56,867 nucleotides of DNA from Candidatus Rokuibacteriota bacterium (lineage in GTDB: Bacteria > JAUVQV01 > DATDCY01), in assembly GCA_031406795.1 (NCBI GenBank), contig JANOHV010000108.1, positions 1 to 56,867 on the forward strand, in the 5' to 3' direction. The notes beneath the pieces are model-generated. The model was not told the DNA's origin and searched no databases. It worked only from the letters and a program-made list of their open reading frames with translations. A program made the position numbers and the translations under genes. Positions 46,752-55,484 of this stretch are shown here, one piece after another (positions within the stretch are counted from its first letter, which is position 1; each line of letters begins with the position of its first letter).

Positions 46752-47768
46752 CTAGACGTTCTTCAGGGTGCTCATCAGCGCATTCATGTTCTCTTCGGAC
46801 ACTTCCGGCCAGAGGTCGCAGCCGGGCCACACCGCGCTGGCGCCGTTCTTGAGCGAATCGAGCATCGCCGGGCCGACATCCTTCGCCTCGCCCTTGTGGA
46901 GCACCTTGATGGGGTCGAAATTGCCGAGGATGATCGCCTTGTCGCCGAGCTTCTGCCGCGTTTCGGCCAGGCGGTTCTTGTGGTCGACGCTCACCGCATC
47001 GGCACCGCATTCGGCCATATCGCCGATGATCGCGTTCGTGTCGCCGCAGATATGCAGGATGCTTGGTCTCGGCATCTCCGCCAGGATCCTGACCAGGTGC
47101 GGTTTGATCAGGCTTCGGAAGCTCTTCGGGCTCATGACGTCCGAGGTTCCGCCCATCTCTCTCAGCGTGAAATAGTCCGCGCCGGCTTCCTGATAGATCT
47201 TGGCAATCCTGACGATGATTTCTGAAAGCCGTTCGAGCAACCTGCCGGTCTCCTCCGGGTTGAGGAACGATTCCTCGAACAGCGTGTCAAGCTCCTTCAC
47301 CTGACCGGCAAGCGTGAACGGACCCAGCAGGTAGGTCCCGATCGCCACGTCGTTGCCCAGGTCCCGTCGCAGGGCCTTGATCGCAGCCGTGACCACGGGG
47401 ATCCTGCCGGCATTCTTCAGGTCGGCGGGGATTTTTACGTCGTCCGCGGTGACGATGGGCTTCACGTTGATCGTCGGATAGAGCAGGCCTTCGACCTCGT
47501 CATAGTAGTTCATCTTCGCGCCAAGCGCTTCCGCCTCGACGCCGAGATCAAACGGAACCACGGCGCATTCAAAGCCAAACTGCCGATACATGCCGCCGGC
47601 CGCCGCGGCCATCAGCTCCGGGTCGCGGTGCACCCGCGAGAAGACGATGTTGTTCTTGTCCAGGACGGGTTTGATGACATTCCCCATGCCGCTGAAGATC
47701 GGCGGCCGGTCCACTTTCTCCCCGTTGAGAAACTTCATCACTCTCTCGCGCGCGGTCATCGTCGCCAT
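46752..47768 (-). CDS. MtaA/CmuA-family methyltransferase (paralog of 32546-33583)
   Basis: FSGMGNV, PFDLGVEAEALG, GPFTLAG, HICG, WPGCD. Confidence 0.9.
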   Translation of the reverse strand: MATMTARERVMKFLNGEKVDRPPIFSGMGNVIKPVLDKNNIVFSRVHRDPELMAAAAGGMYRQFGFECAVVPFDLGVEAEALGAKMNYYDEVEGLLYPTINVKPIVTADDVKIPADLKNAGRIPVVTAAIKALRRDLGNDVAIGTYLLGPFTLAGQVKELDTLFEESFLNPEETGRLLERLSEIIVRIAKIYQEAGADYFTLREMGGTSDVMSPKSFRSLIKPHLVRILAEMPRPSILHICGDTNAIIGDMAECGADAVSVDHKNRLAETRQKLGDKAIILGNFDPIKVLHKGEAKDVGPAMLDSLKNGASAVWPGCDLWPEVSEENMNALMSTLKNV

Positions 47769-47838
47769 GTCCTGCCTCCTGTCATGAGTTTTGTCGCTCG
47801 GTTCATGCCAGTCATGATCGCCGCGGCGGAGCGCCCGG

Positions 47839-47878
47839 ACAATCGGGGAAACCCTGATTGTGGGGGAGGGAATACCCT
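47839..47878. promoter_or_regulatory. palindromic operator candidates upstream of module 2
   Basis: ACAATCGGGG-AAA-CCCTGATTGT (one mismatch) followed by AGGG-AATA-CCCT. Confidence 0.5.
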
Positions 47879-47907
47879 AGCAATAAACTAGTGACTGGTC
47901 CGAAGGT

Positions 47908-48924
47908 TCAGCTCTCGTCGGCGGCTTCGAGAAAAATTTCCACGTTCTGTCGCGGCGTGTCGACCGGCAGGTCGCAGGAGGGCATCAGAATGTACCTCAG
48001 GCGCGGGTCGGCGACCTGACGGACGCACGCCGCGACCCCGCGGCGGATCGCCGCCCCGCCGCCGCGTGCGAGGAGCGCGACCGCATCGACATTGCCGGCG
48101 GTGACGGTCGATCCGCGGTAAAGATCGTACGCCTCCTCGATGCCGACGCTGCAGTCGACCGAGATGCAGTCGGCCCGGGCTTCGAGATACCGGGGAAGCT
48201 GATGCCGGATCTGTCCGCACATGTGCAGGATCGAGCGGACGCCGCGACTGCGGACGTGGTCGAAGAGCTCGCGCTGCCAGGGCAGAACGAGTTCCTGGTA
48301 GGACTCGTCGGGTATCAGCGTCACCGCGCCGTCCGGCACCGAGATGCCGTCGATCAGGCCGCGGTCGATCAGTCGGTCGAAATAGCCGGCCGCGAGCTGC
48401 GCCCCCAGCGCCGCGACCGCACTGACGAACGGCGGATCGGCGGTCAGCTTCTCCCGCAGCAGGTTCGGTTCGCAGAGGATCATGCCCCAGGAGAGTGGAC
48501 CCCACGAGGTTGCGCAGAGGAAGCGATCCGGGAGGTTGGCCCGCACCCCTTCGATCACCCGGACGAGGGCGTCGGTGGCCGGCGAGGGCAGCGGGGCGGC
48601 CGCTTCGGCCCGCACGAGATCCGCCGTCGAGCGGATCAGCGGGCGCTCGAGCAGCGGAGCTCTCCGGCCGTCGAAGCGCAAATCGCCGCCGATCGACTGC
48701 GCCGGGAAAGAGTTGAGCCCGGACCCGACGAAAAGCAGGTCGGTGTCGAGCCCGTCGTAGATCGCGGACAGCGCGTCGACGAACCGCCCGGGATAGTCCG
48801 GCAATTCCGCGGGGAGCAGCCCCGCCTGGGCGAAGGCCCAGAGCCCCCCGCCGAAGATCGCGCGCGGCAGACGCTCCTGCCGCAAACCGTCGAACGCTCC
48901 GGCGATCAACCCCCGGCGATCCAT
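47908..48924 (-). CDS. divergent UroD-fold methyltransferase-like protein (related to 35333-36376)
   Basis: FGGGLW, FVGSGLNSF, WGP, HMCG, GNVD, PSCD. Confidence 0.82.
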   Translation of the reverse strand: MDRRGLIAGAFDGLRQERLPRAIFGGGLWAFAQAGLLPAELPDYPGRFVDALSAIYDGLDTDLLFVGSGLNSFPAQSIGGDLRFDGRRAPLLERPLIRSTADLVRAEAAAPLPSPATDALVRVIEGVRANLPDRFLCATSWGPLSWGMILCEPNLLREKLTADPPFVSAVAALGAQLAAGYFDRLIDRGLIDGISVPDGAVTLIPDESYQELVLPWQRELFDHVRSRGVRSILHMCGQIRHQLPRYLEARADCISVDCSVGIEEAYDLYRGSTVTAGNVDAVALLARGGGAAIRRGVAACVRQVADPRLRYILMPSCDLPVDTPRQNVEIFLEAADES

Positions 48925-48965
48925 CCGATCATTCTCCCGCTGGCGCAGGCGGTCTGCGACGCTGT

Positions 48966-49613
48966 CTAGAGCGAGGTCAGACCTTCACGGATCGCGTACT
49001 TGGTCAGTGCCGCGATGCTGTGGATGTCGAGCTTCGTCATGATGTGCATCCGGTGCGTTTCGACCGTCTTGACGCTGACATTCAAGTGGGCCGCGACTTC
49101 CTTGGTCGTCTTTCCTTCGGCCATCAGCTGGAGAACTTCCCGCTCGCGGTCGGAGAGGAGCGAGAATACAGAAGCATCGGTTTTCGCGCCTTTCCTGATG
49201 TAATCCTCCAACACGACCCCGGCGATGCCGGGGCTGAGATAGATCTTGCCCTTGGCGATCGTCCTGATCGCCGTGATGAGTTCCTCGAAAGCACAGTCTT
49301 TCAGCAGGTAGCCGGATGCGCCGGCCTTGAGCATCTCGGAGACGTACCTCTTGTCAGAATGCATGGACAACGCCACGACTTTGACCCCCTGCGCTTCCGC
49401 GAGGATCTGCCGGGTCGCCTCGATGCCGTTGAGCTCGGGCATGGCAATATCCATGACCACCACGTCCGGGGAAAGCGCCCGGGCCAGCTGCAGAGCTTCC
49501 CTCCCGTCTTCCGCCTCGCCGACGACCAGGATGTCCGGGTCTTTTTCGAGCAGGTTACGGAGCCCGTCTCTGACGATCTTGTGATCGTCGGCCAGCAGTA
49601 TCCTCAGCTTCAC
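48966..49613 (-). CDS. NarL/LuxR-family response regulator
   Basis: ILLADDH, VVMDIAMP, GYLLK, LSDREREVLQL..G HTH. Confidence 0.95.
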   Translation of the reverse strand: MKLRILLADDHKIVRDGLRNLLEKDPDILVVGEAEDGREALQLARALSPDVVVMDIAMPELNGIEATRQILAEAQGVKVVALSMHSDKRYVSEMLKAGASGYLLKDCAFEELITAIRTIAKGKIYLSPGIAGVVLEDYIRKGAKTDASVFSLLSDREREVLQLMAEGKTTKEVAAHLNVSVKTVETHRMHIMTKLDIHSIAALTKYAIREGLTSL

Positions 49614-51946
49614 GGGGCGTTCTCCTGCGTCGGCGTGGCTGTCGGAGCCAGCGGGGAGGTGACCGTGATCCGCGTGCCCCCGCCCGGGGAGGCCTGGATC
49701 TCGAGATTTCCGCCGAGATATTTGAGTCTTTCCCGGATGCTGAAGAAGCCGTACGTGATGCGATCGCCGATGGCCGTGGTGTCGAAGCCGATGCCGTCGT
49801 CCTCGACCGTGATGAGCAGCCGTGTTCCTTCCCGGCGAAGCTGGGTGAGCACCTGATGCGCCTGGGAGTGCTTGACGATATTCATGTACAGCTCGCGGAC
49901 CACCTGAAACAGCAGGATGCTCATCTCCCGGGTCAGGGGTTTGGGCTGCCGGTCGTTGTCGCAGGAGAACAGGATGTAATGCTGCTTCTGCGTCTGTTCG
50001 GAGAGCCATTCGACCGCCGCCTCGAATCCGAGTTCGTAGAGAATGGGGGGACTCAGCTCGAAGGTCAACGACTTGGTGTACCTGATGGTCTTCTCGATCA
50101 GCGCCCGGATTTCGTCGATCGGCTCGGTATGTCCGCGGTCGCAGGAGTCTTTGAGCGCCCCGAGCCTGATCTTGGTGATCGCCAGCGTCTGGCCGATGTG
50201 GTCGTGGATCTGCGTGGCGATGCGGCGTCGTTCACTCTCTTCGGCGAGCGAGAGTTCGGAGGTCAAAGCGCGCAGCTGCTCCTGATAGAGCTTGAATTTC
50301 TCCTCGGCCCGTTTGCGCTCCGTGATGTCCCGTTGAATCGAGACGAAATGCGAGACTTTGCGCCTCTCGTCCCGCAGGGGGGTAATCTGCCACTCGACGT
50401 CGAAACGGCTGCCGTCCTTGCGATAGGCGGCGGTCTCGAGATAGAAGGCCTTGACGTCGGCCGAGCCGGCCTCGAACTTCGTCCAGACCATGCCTTCGGG
50501 TTCCGGGCCCTGGAGGATCAGCGAGGGCTTCCCGAGGACCTCGTCGGGCGTGTAGCCCGTCATCTTCGTGAAAGCGGCGTTCACGAACACGATCTTGGCC
50601 GCCGGACGCGCGGGGTTCGCGGTCGTGATGACGATCGAGTCCCTGGCCTGCTGGATGGCGGCCTGGAGCAGCTGAAGCATCTCCTCGGCGCGCTTCCTCT
50701 CGGTGACATTGTTGAAGAATTCGAGCGAGGCGGGCCGGCCCATCCAGGTCATCAGCACGGAGTTGACCTCAAGCCACCTGACGGTCTTCTCCCGGTCGAT
50801 GATCCGGCACAGATAGAAGTGCGGCAAGCTGTCCCCGCGCAGGCGCCGCAGGTGCCGCTCCCGGACGAAATCCCGGTCGTCCGGGTGGATGAAGTCGGTG
50901 AATGGCTGCGATTGCAGCTCTTCGGGCGTACAGCCGAAGATCTTGGCCGCCTTGGGATTCGCGTACTTGAAGTAGTCATCCTGGGTGACGACGATACCTT
51001 CATTCGCGTGTTCGACGACCATCCGGTATTTCTCTTCGGAGACCCTGACGATCTGTTCGGTCCATTTGCGCTCGCCGATCTCCTGCTGCAGTTCCTCGTT
51101 CGCGCGGGTCAGCTGTTTCGTCCTGATCCGGACCTCCGACTCGAGGTGGGCGCGGCACTCTTCCAGAAGCTTCTCGTGTTTCTTCTGTTCCGTGCAGTCA
51201 TTGCCGATGCAGAGGATTTCGCCGACGCTGATGCCATCCCGGAAGAGCGCCCGATTGGTCCAGGCGATCCAGGCCCGCTCGCCGCCCTTGCGGATGCTCT
51301 CGTCCTCGAGGTTTTCGTACGGCTCCGGGTGCTTCTCGATCTCCTGGTACATCAACCCGAGCTTGCGCTCGCGCTCTGCCGATTCAGGGAAGATCGTGCC
51401 GAGCACATTTCTGCCGACGATCTCCTCCTCCGCATAGCCGAAAAACTTCTGCGCGAACGAATTGAGAAAAAGGATGGTGCCGGCCATGTCGATGCGCATG
51501 ATGATGCTGTTGGCGCTCTCGACGAGTTCGCGATACTTCGCCTCGCTCGCCCTGAGGGCGCTGCGGGCCTGCTTCTGGTTGGTGATGTCCTCAACCGTGC
51601 AGATCATGCCGTCGTAGTGCCCGGCCTTCACCTTCGGGATGAGCCAGCCCGACTGGAAGGTCTGCCGGCCCGCGGGCGTCACTACGGGGACTTCGGCGTA
51701 ATGCACCGGCTTCAGCGTCTCCTTGGCCTCAAGGTAATGGAGGTTGAAAGCCTTCGCCGCCAGCTCGGCGGCCTTGCTGAAGACCCGCGAGCCGATCAGC
51801 CGCTGCTGGGTCACGCCGGCAATCATCTCCATCGCCCGATTGGCGTAGCGGATCACGTCATCCCGGTCGGCCGCCCAGACGCCGGAGGTGATGCCGTTCA
51901 TGATGCTCTCGTACAGTTCCCTGCTGATCTGGGGCGCGTTACCCAT
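49610..51946 (-). CDS. cytoplasmic multi-PAS histidine kinase (HisKA_3)
   Basis: four PAS units, ERRRIATQIHDHIGQ H-box, NIVKHS, DDGIGF; no TM segment. Confidence 0.92.
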   Translation of the reverse strand: MGNAPQISRELYESIMNGITSGVWAADRDDVIRYANRAMEMIAGVTQQRLIGSRVFSKAAELAAKAFNLHYLEAKETLKPVHYAEVPVVTPAGRQTFQSGWLIPKVKAGHYDGMICTVEDITNQKQARSALRASEAKYRELVESANSIIMRIDMAGTILFLNSFAQKFFGYAEEEIVGRNVLGTIFPESAERERKLGLMYQEIEKHPEPYENLEDESIRKGGERAWIAWTNRALFRDGISVGEILCIGNDCTEQKKHEKLLEECRAHLESEVRIRTKQLTRANEELQQEIGERKWTEQIVRVSEEKYRMVVEHANEGIVVTQDDYFKYANPKAAKIFGCTPEELQSQPFTDFIHPDDRDFVRERHLRRLRGDSLPHFYLCRIIDREKTVRWLEVNSVLMTWMGRPASLEFFNNVTERKRAEEMLQLLQAAIQQARDSIVITTANPARPAAKIVFVNAAFTKMTGYTPDEVLGKPSLILQGPEPEGMVWTKFEAGSADVKAFYLETAAYRKDGSRFDVEWQITPLRDERRKVSHFVSIQRDITERKRAEEKFKLYQEQLRALTSELSLAEESERRRIATQIHDHIGQTLAITKIRLGALKDSCDRGHTEPIDEIRALIEKTIRYTKSLTFELSPPILYELGFEAAVEWLSEQTQKQHYILFSCDNDRQPKPLTREMSILLFQVVRELYMNIVKHSQAHQVLTQLRREGTRLLITVEDDGIGFDTTAIGDRITYGFFSIRERLKYLGGNLEIQASPGGGTRITVTSPLAPTATPTQENAP

Positions 51947-52208
51947 GGCTGCGAATTCCTTGCCACGTTCGGAGCGCCCCGGCGCAGAAGAAGTCCTCTG
52001 CCTTTCTATACGAGCTCGACAGCAGCGGGGGGTTGCCCACCTTCATGGCGATCATAGTATACGAAATGCTGCGAAATGCCGCCCGCCGTTCGCAACCCGC
52101 CTCTTACCACAGTTTCCCGGCCGACACCATGATGCGAATCATGCCGCTTTGACGGATTTGAGTTATGTTGTTCGCGGGAGATGTCGTACAGGCGAAAAAG
52201 GGGGCACC

Positions 52209-54128
52209 ATGCAGACGAAACACTCGGTCATGAAGAAGCACCATCAGGATACCCAGAGCCATCAGATCCATCAGGCCGTCGTCAGCCAGGGCATGGGCAC
52301 GGTTTTCGAGCGCTTCGAAGCCCAGCAGCCGCAGTGCGGCACCTGCAAGCAGGGCCTGAGCTGCCAGCTCTGCTCGGATGGTCCCTGCCGGATCAGCTCG
52401 AAGGCGCCCCTCGGGGTCTGCGGCGCCGGCGGCGACGTCATCGTCGCCAGAAATCTCCTCCAGCTGGCCGCGATCGGCACCGCCGCCAACACCTATCAGT
52501 GCCGCAACCTGGCGCTGACCCTGAAGGCCATCGGTGAAGGCCGCTCGCCCCTGAAGCTCAGAGATGCCGGCAAGCTCCAGAGAATGTGTCAGGGACTCGG
52601 CTGGGACCAGACCCGGCCGGAGAACGAACTCGCCGTCCGGTTCGCGGACTTCATCCTCAACGAAATCGGCAAGCAGAGCGGCGAACCGCTGGTGCTGATG
52701 GATTTGTTCGCCGTCGACAAACGCAAGGAGGTCTGGAAGGCGCAGGGCCTCTATGCGGGCGGGCCGAGCGCCGAGATCCTGACGGCGCTCACCAAGTGCA
52801 TGACCAACATCAGCAACGATCCGATCGACTTGATGAAGACCGCGCTGCGGCTCGGCCTCGCCAACGAATATGCCGGGCTCTGGGGCATTACCGTCCTGCA
52901 GGACATCCTGCTCGGCACCCCGGAACTGGTCGAGGGCAACGCCAATATCGGCTGCCTCGACCGGGCCACCGTGAACATCGTCGCCAACGGCCACCAGCCG
53001 GTCTTTGCCGGGCACATCATGGAAAAGGCCGCCGGCGCCGAGTTTCAGGCCGCCGCGAAAGCTGCGGGGGCAACCGGCATCAAGCTCTACGGTTCCCTGT
53101 GCGAAGGCCAGCAGCTCATGAACGTCTCCGGCAAAGGCCCCGCCCGGGAGATTTTCGGCGGACAGCTGGGCAACTGGATCCAGGAGGAGCTCGTCATCGC
53201 CTCCGGGCTGGTCGACCTGTTCCTGATGGATCTGAACTGCTCGGTCCCGACGCTCAAGGATTTCGCCGACAAGTACGGGACCAAGCTGATCAGCACCGAC
53301 CCGGTGGTGCGTTTCACGGGCGTGGAAGCCGTCGATTTCAACCCGGAACGGGCGGACGAGCAGGCCGCGCGCATCCTGAGGGAGGCCATCGAGCAATTCA
53401 GGAAGCGCAAGGCGGACACGAAGCGGATCGTCAATCTGCCGGCGGAAAGCCGGGGCGCGGCCTGCATCGCCGGCTACACCACCGAGACCGTGCTCACCAT
53501 GTTCGGCAACAGCATCCACACCTACATCGAGGAGATGAAGCGCGGGAACATCAAGGGCGCGGTGGCGGTCGCCGGCTGCACGAACGTCCGCCATGACCAG
53601 GGGGGGCGGTCGATCCAGCGTCTGACCCTGGAGTTGATCAGACGCGACATCATGGTCATCGGCGCCGGATGTTGCTCCTCCACGCACCAGAACCTCGGCA
53701 TGTCCACCCGGGAGATGGCGAAACAGGCGGGGCCGAAGCTCCGGTCGGTCTGCGAAAAATACGACGTGCCGCCGGTCGTCTCCTACGGTTCCTGCACGGA
53801 CGTCGGCAAGATCCTGGACACGGTGGCGGCGCTGGCCTGGACCATCGGGTGCGACATGAGCGATCTGCCGGTTGCCGCATCGGTGCCGGAGTACATGGAG
53901 CAGAAGGCGATTGCCGATATCTTCACCGCCCTCGCCTGCGGACTGCTCACCCACGTCTCCCCCGAGCCGATGATCAGCGGCAGCCGCTTGGTGCGGAAAT
54001 ATCTGACCGAAGACCTGGTGAACGTGACCGGCGGGAGGATGCTGCTGCAGGATGACCCGGTCAAAGCCGCGGACGAAATCGAGTCGCACATCATGGCGAA
54101 GCGCAAGGGAATCGGGTTCGACGTGTAA
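52209..54128 (+). CDS. cooS: divergent Ni-CO dehydrogenase (CooS family)
   Basis: FERFEAQQPQC, CQLCSDGPC..GVCGA, NGHQP, LCEG, DLNC, AGCTN, GAGC, GSCTD, EQKA. Confidence 0.88.
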   Translation: MQTKHSVMKKHHQDTQSHQIHQAVVSQGMGTVFERFEAQQPQCGTCKQGLSCQLCSDGPCRISSKAPLGVCGAGGDVIVARNLLQLAAIGTAANTYQCRNLALTLKAIGEGRSPLKLRDAGKLQRMCQGLGWDQTRPENELAVRFADFILNEIGKQSGEPLVLMDLFAVDKRKEVWKAQGLYAGGPSAEILTALTKCMTNISNDPIDLMKTALRLGLANEYAGLWGITVLQDILLGTPELVEGNANIGCLDRATVNIVANGHQPVFAGHIMEKAAGAEFQAAAKAAGATGIKLYGSLCEGQQLMNVSGKGPAREIFGGQLGNWIQEELVIASGLVDLFLMDLNCSVPTLKDFADKYGTKLISTDPVVRFTGVEAVDFNPERADEQAARILREAIEQFRKRKADTKRIVNLPAESRGAACIAGYTTETVLTMFGNSIHTYIEEMKRGNIKGAVAVAGCTNVRHDQGGRSIQRLTLELIRRDIMVIGAGCCSSTHQNLGMSTREMAKQAGPKLRSVCEKYDVPPVVSYGSCTDVGKILDTVAALAWTIGCDMSDLPVAASVPEYMEQKAIADIFTALACGLLTHVSPEPMISGSRLVRKYLTEDLVNVTGGRMLLQDDPVKAADEIESHIMAKRKGIGFDV

Positions 54129-54154
54129 CCACGTTCGACGGTTCGGTGGCGGCA

Positions 54155-54724
54155 ATGGAAAAAGAAGGCGCGATTTTCATCAGCTGCGGCATATTTGCGG
54201 AGGAGATCCGTTACCTCGTTCGGGAAGGGCTCTTCCCGGGGAACGTCGTGTTTCTCGACGCCGCGCTGCACGTGAATTTCGACAAGCTGAAAGCCCGACT
54301 CGAGCAGGCCCTCGAGGCGGCAAAGCCTGCCGGCGCCGCGCCACGAGTCATCTACGGCCATTGCCATCCGCAGATCACGGAAATCCTCGGGCGTTTCGGG
54401 GCGAGGAAGCTGGCGGCGGGCAATTGTCTGGAGGCCCTGGTCGGGGCTGACGAGATCCAGCGGCTCAATGCCGAGGCGACGAGCTTCTTCCTGTCCGCGG
54501 GCTGGGTGAACAACTGGGAGAAGATGTTCGAAATGGGCCGGGCGGATTTCGGCTTCGACTTCAAGTCCATGTTCGAGCACTACCGGCGAATCGTCGTGTT
54601 CGACACCGGCATCATTCCGCTGGACGAAGAGAAGATCCGGAAGTTCAGCGCCTTCACCGGCCTGCCGGTCGAGCGAAGGACGATTACCCTGGATTATTTC
54701 CTGGGGCTCGTCAGGAGCATCTGA
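54155..54724 (+). CDS. DUF1638-like protein
   Basis: ISCGIF..E, ALH..FDKL, YGHCHP, NCLE.L.G, FFLS.GW. Confidence 0.8.
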   Translation: MEKEGAIFISCGIFAEEIRYLVREGLFPGNVVFLDAALHVNFDKLKARLEQALEAAKPAGAAPRVIYGHCHPQITEILGRFGARKLAAGNCLEALVGADEIQRLNAEATSFFLSAGWVNNWEKMFEMGRADFGFDFKSMFEHYRRIVVFDTGIIPLDEEKIRKFSAFTGLPVERRTITLDYFLGLVRSI

Positions 54725-55484
54725 TCGTTTCGACGCAGGCGTCGACGAGTGCGCCGATCTCCGAAAACACGCGGCCTGCGGCGGTCGTCTCCACCGGCCG
54801 GGCAACGACCACGACCGCGCAGCCCTCGCGCCGCGCCGCTTCGAGCTTCTCGGGCACCCCGCCCGCGACGCCGCCGTCCTTCGTCACCAGCACGCCGATC
54901 CGATGAAGCCTGATGACCGCGACGTTCTGCTCCACGGAAAAAGGGCCCTGCCCCGGGATCACGTGCTCCCGGGGCAGACCCGCCTTCGCGCAGGCCAGCA
55001 GGGATTCCGGAACCGGCAACACCCGGGCCACCACCGGCACGGCAGTCCGCCCGGCCTCGCGCAGATACGGCGCCAGGTTGCGGGTGCCGATCGTCAGCAG
55101 CACCGGCCGGCCCGGCAGAAAGGCGCGCCGCGCGGCTTGCTCGTGGTCGTCGACGGCGATGATGCCGCTTTGGGCGGCCACGGCGGCAGGACGCAGATAG
55201 CGCAGGTACGGCACGCCGGCGCGGGCGGCGGCTCGCTGCGCGTTCTGCGTGATCGCCGACGCATACGGGTGGGTCGCGTCGACCACGGCCCGCACACCGG
55301 CCTCGACGACCAGGGCCTGCACCCCCGCCTCGTCCAGCAGGCCGGTGCGCAGCGCGACGAGCGCCGATTCGCGCGCCGAAGACGCGAGCTTTGTCGCCGT
55401 CGAGACCAGCACCCGGACCCCTGCCGCCGCCAGCGCCGCGGCGATCATCCCGGACTCGCTGGTGCCGCCCAGCAGCAGGATCAC
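54711..55484 (-). CDS. cbiJ: precorrin-6x / cobalt-precorrin-6A reductase
   Basis: ILLLGGTSE, VDATHPYA, QGPFS, VTKDGG..GG..EK. Confidence 0.93.
   Translation of the reverse strand: MILLLGGTSESGMIAAALAAAGVRVLVSTATKLASSARESALVALRTGLLDEAGVQALVVEAGVRAVVDATHPYASAITQNAQRAAARAGVPYLRYLRPAAVAAQSGIIAVDDHEQAARRAFLPGRPVLLTIGTRNLAPYLREAGRTAVPVVARVLPVPESLLACAKAGLPREHVIPGQGPFSVEQNVAVIRLHRIGVLVTKDGGVAGGVPEKLEAARREGCAVVVVARPVETTAAGRVFSEIGALVDACVETIRCS

Noticed and set aside
32546-48924. heme-pathway uroporphyrinogen decarboxylases (hemE)
   Set aside because: They lack the HemE RQAGR motif, carry HxC...C zinc ligands and sit with corrinoid proteins.
52209-54128. Wood-Ljungdahl CODH/ACS cluster
   Set aside because: No acsB, acsC, acsD, acsE or cooC in the window.
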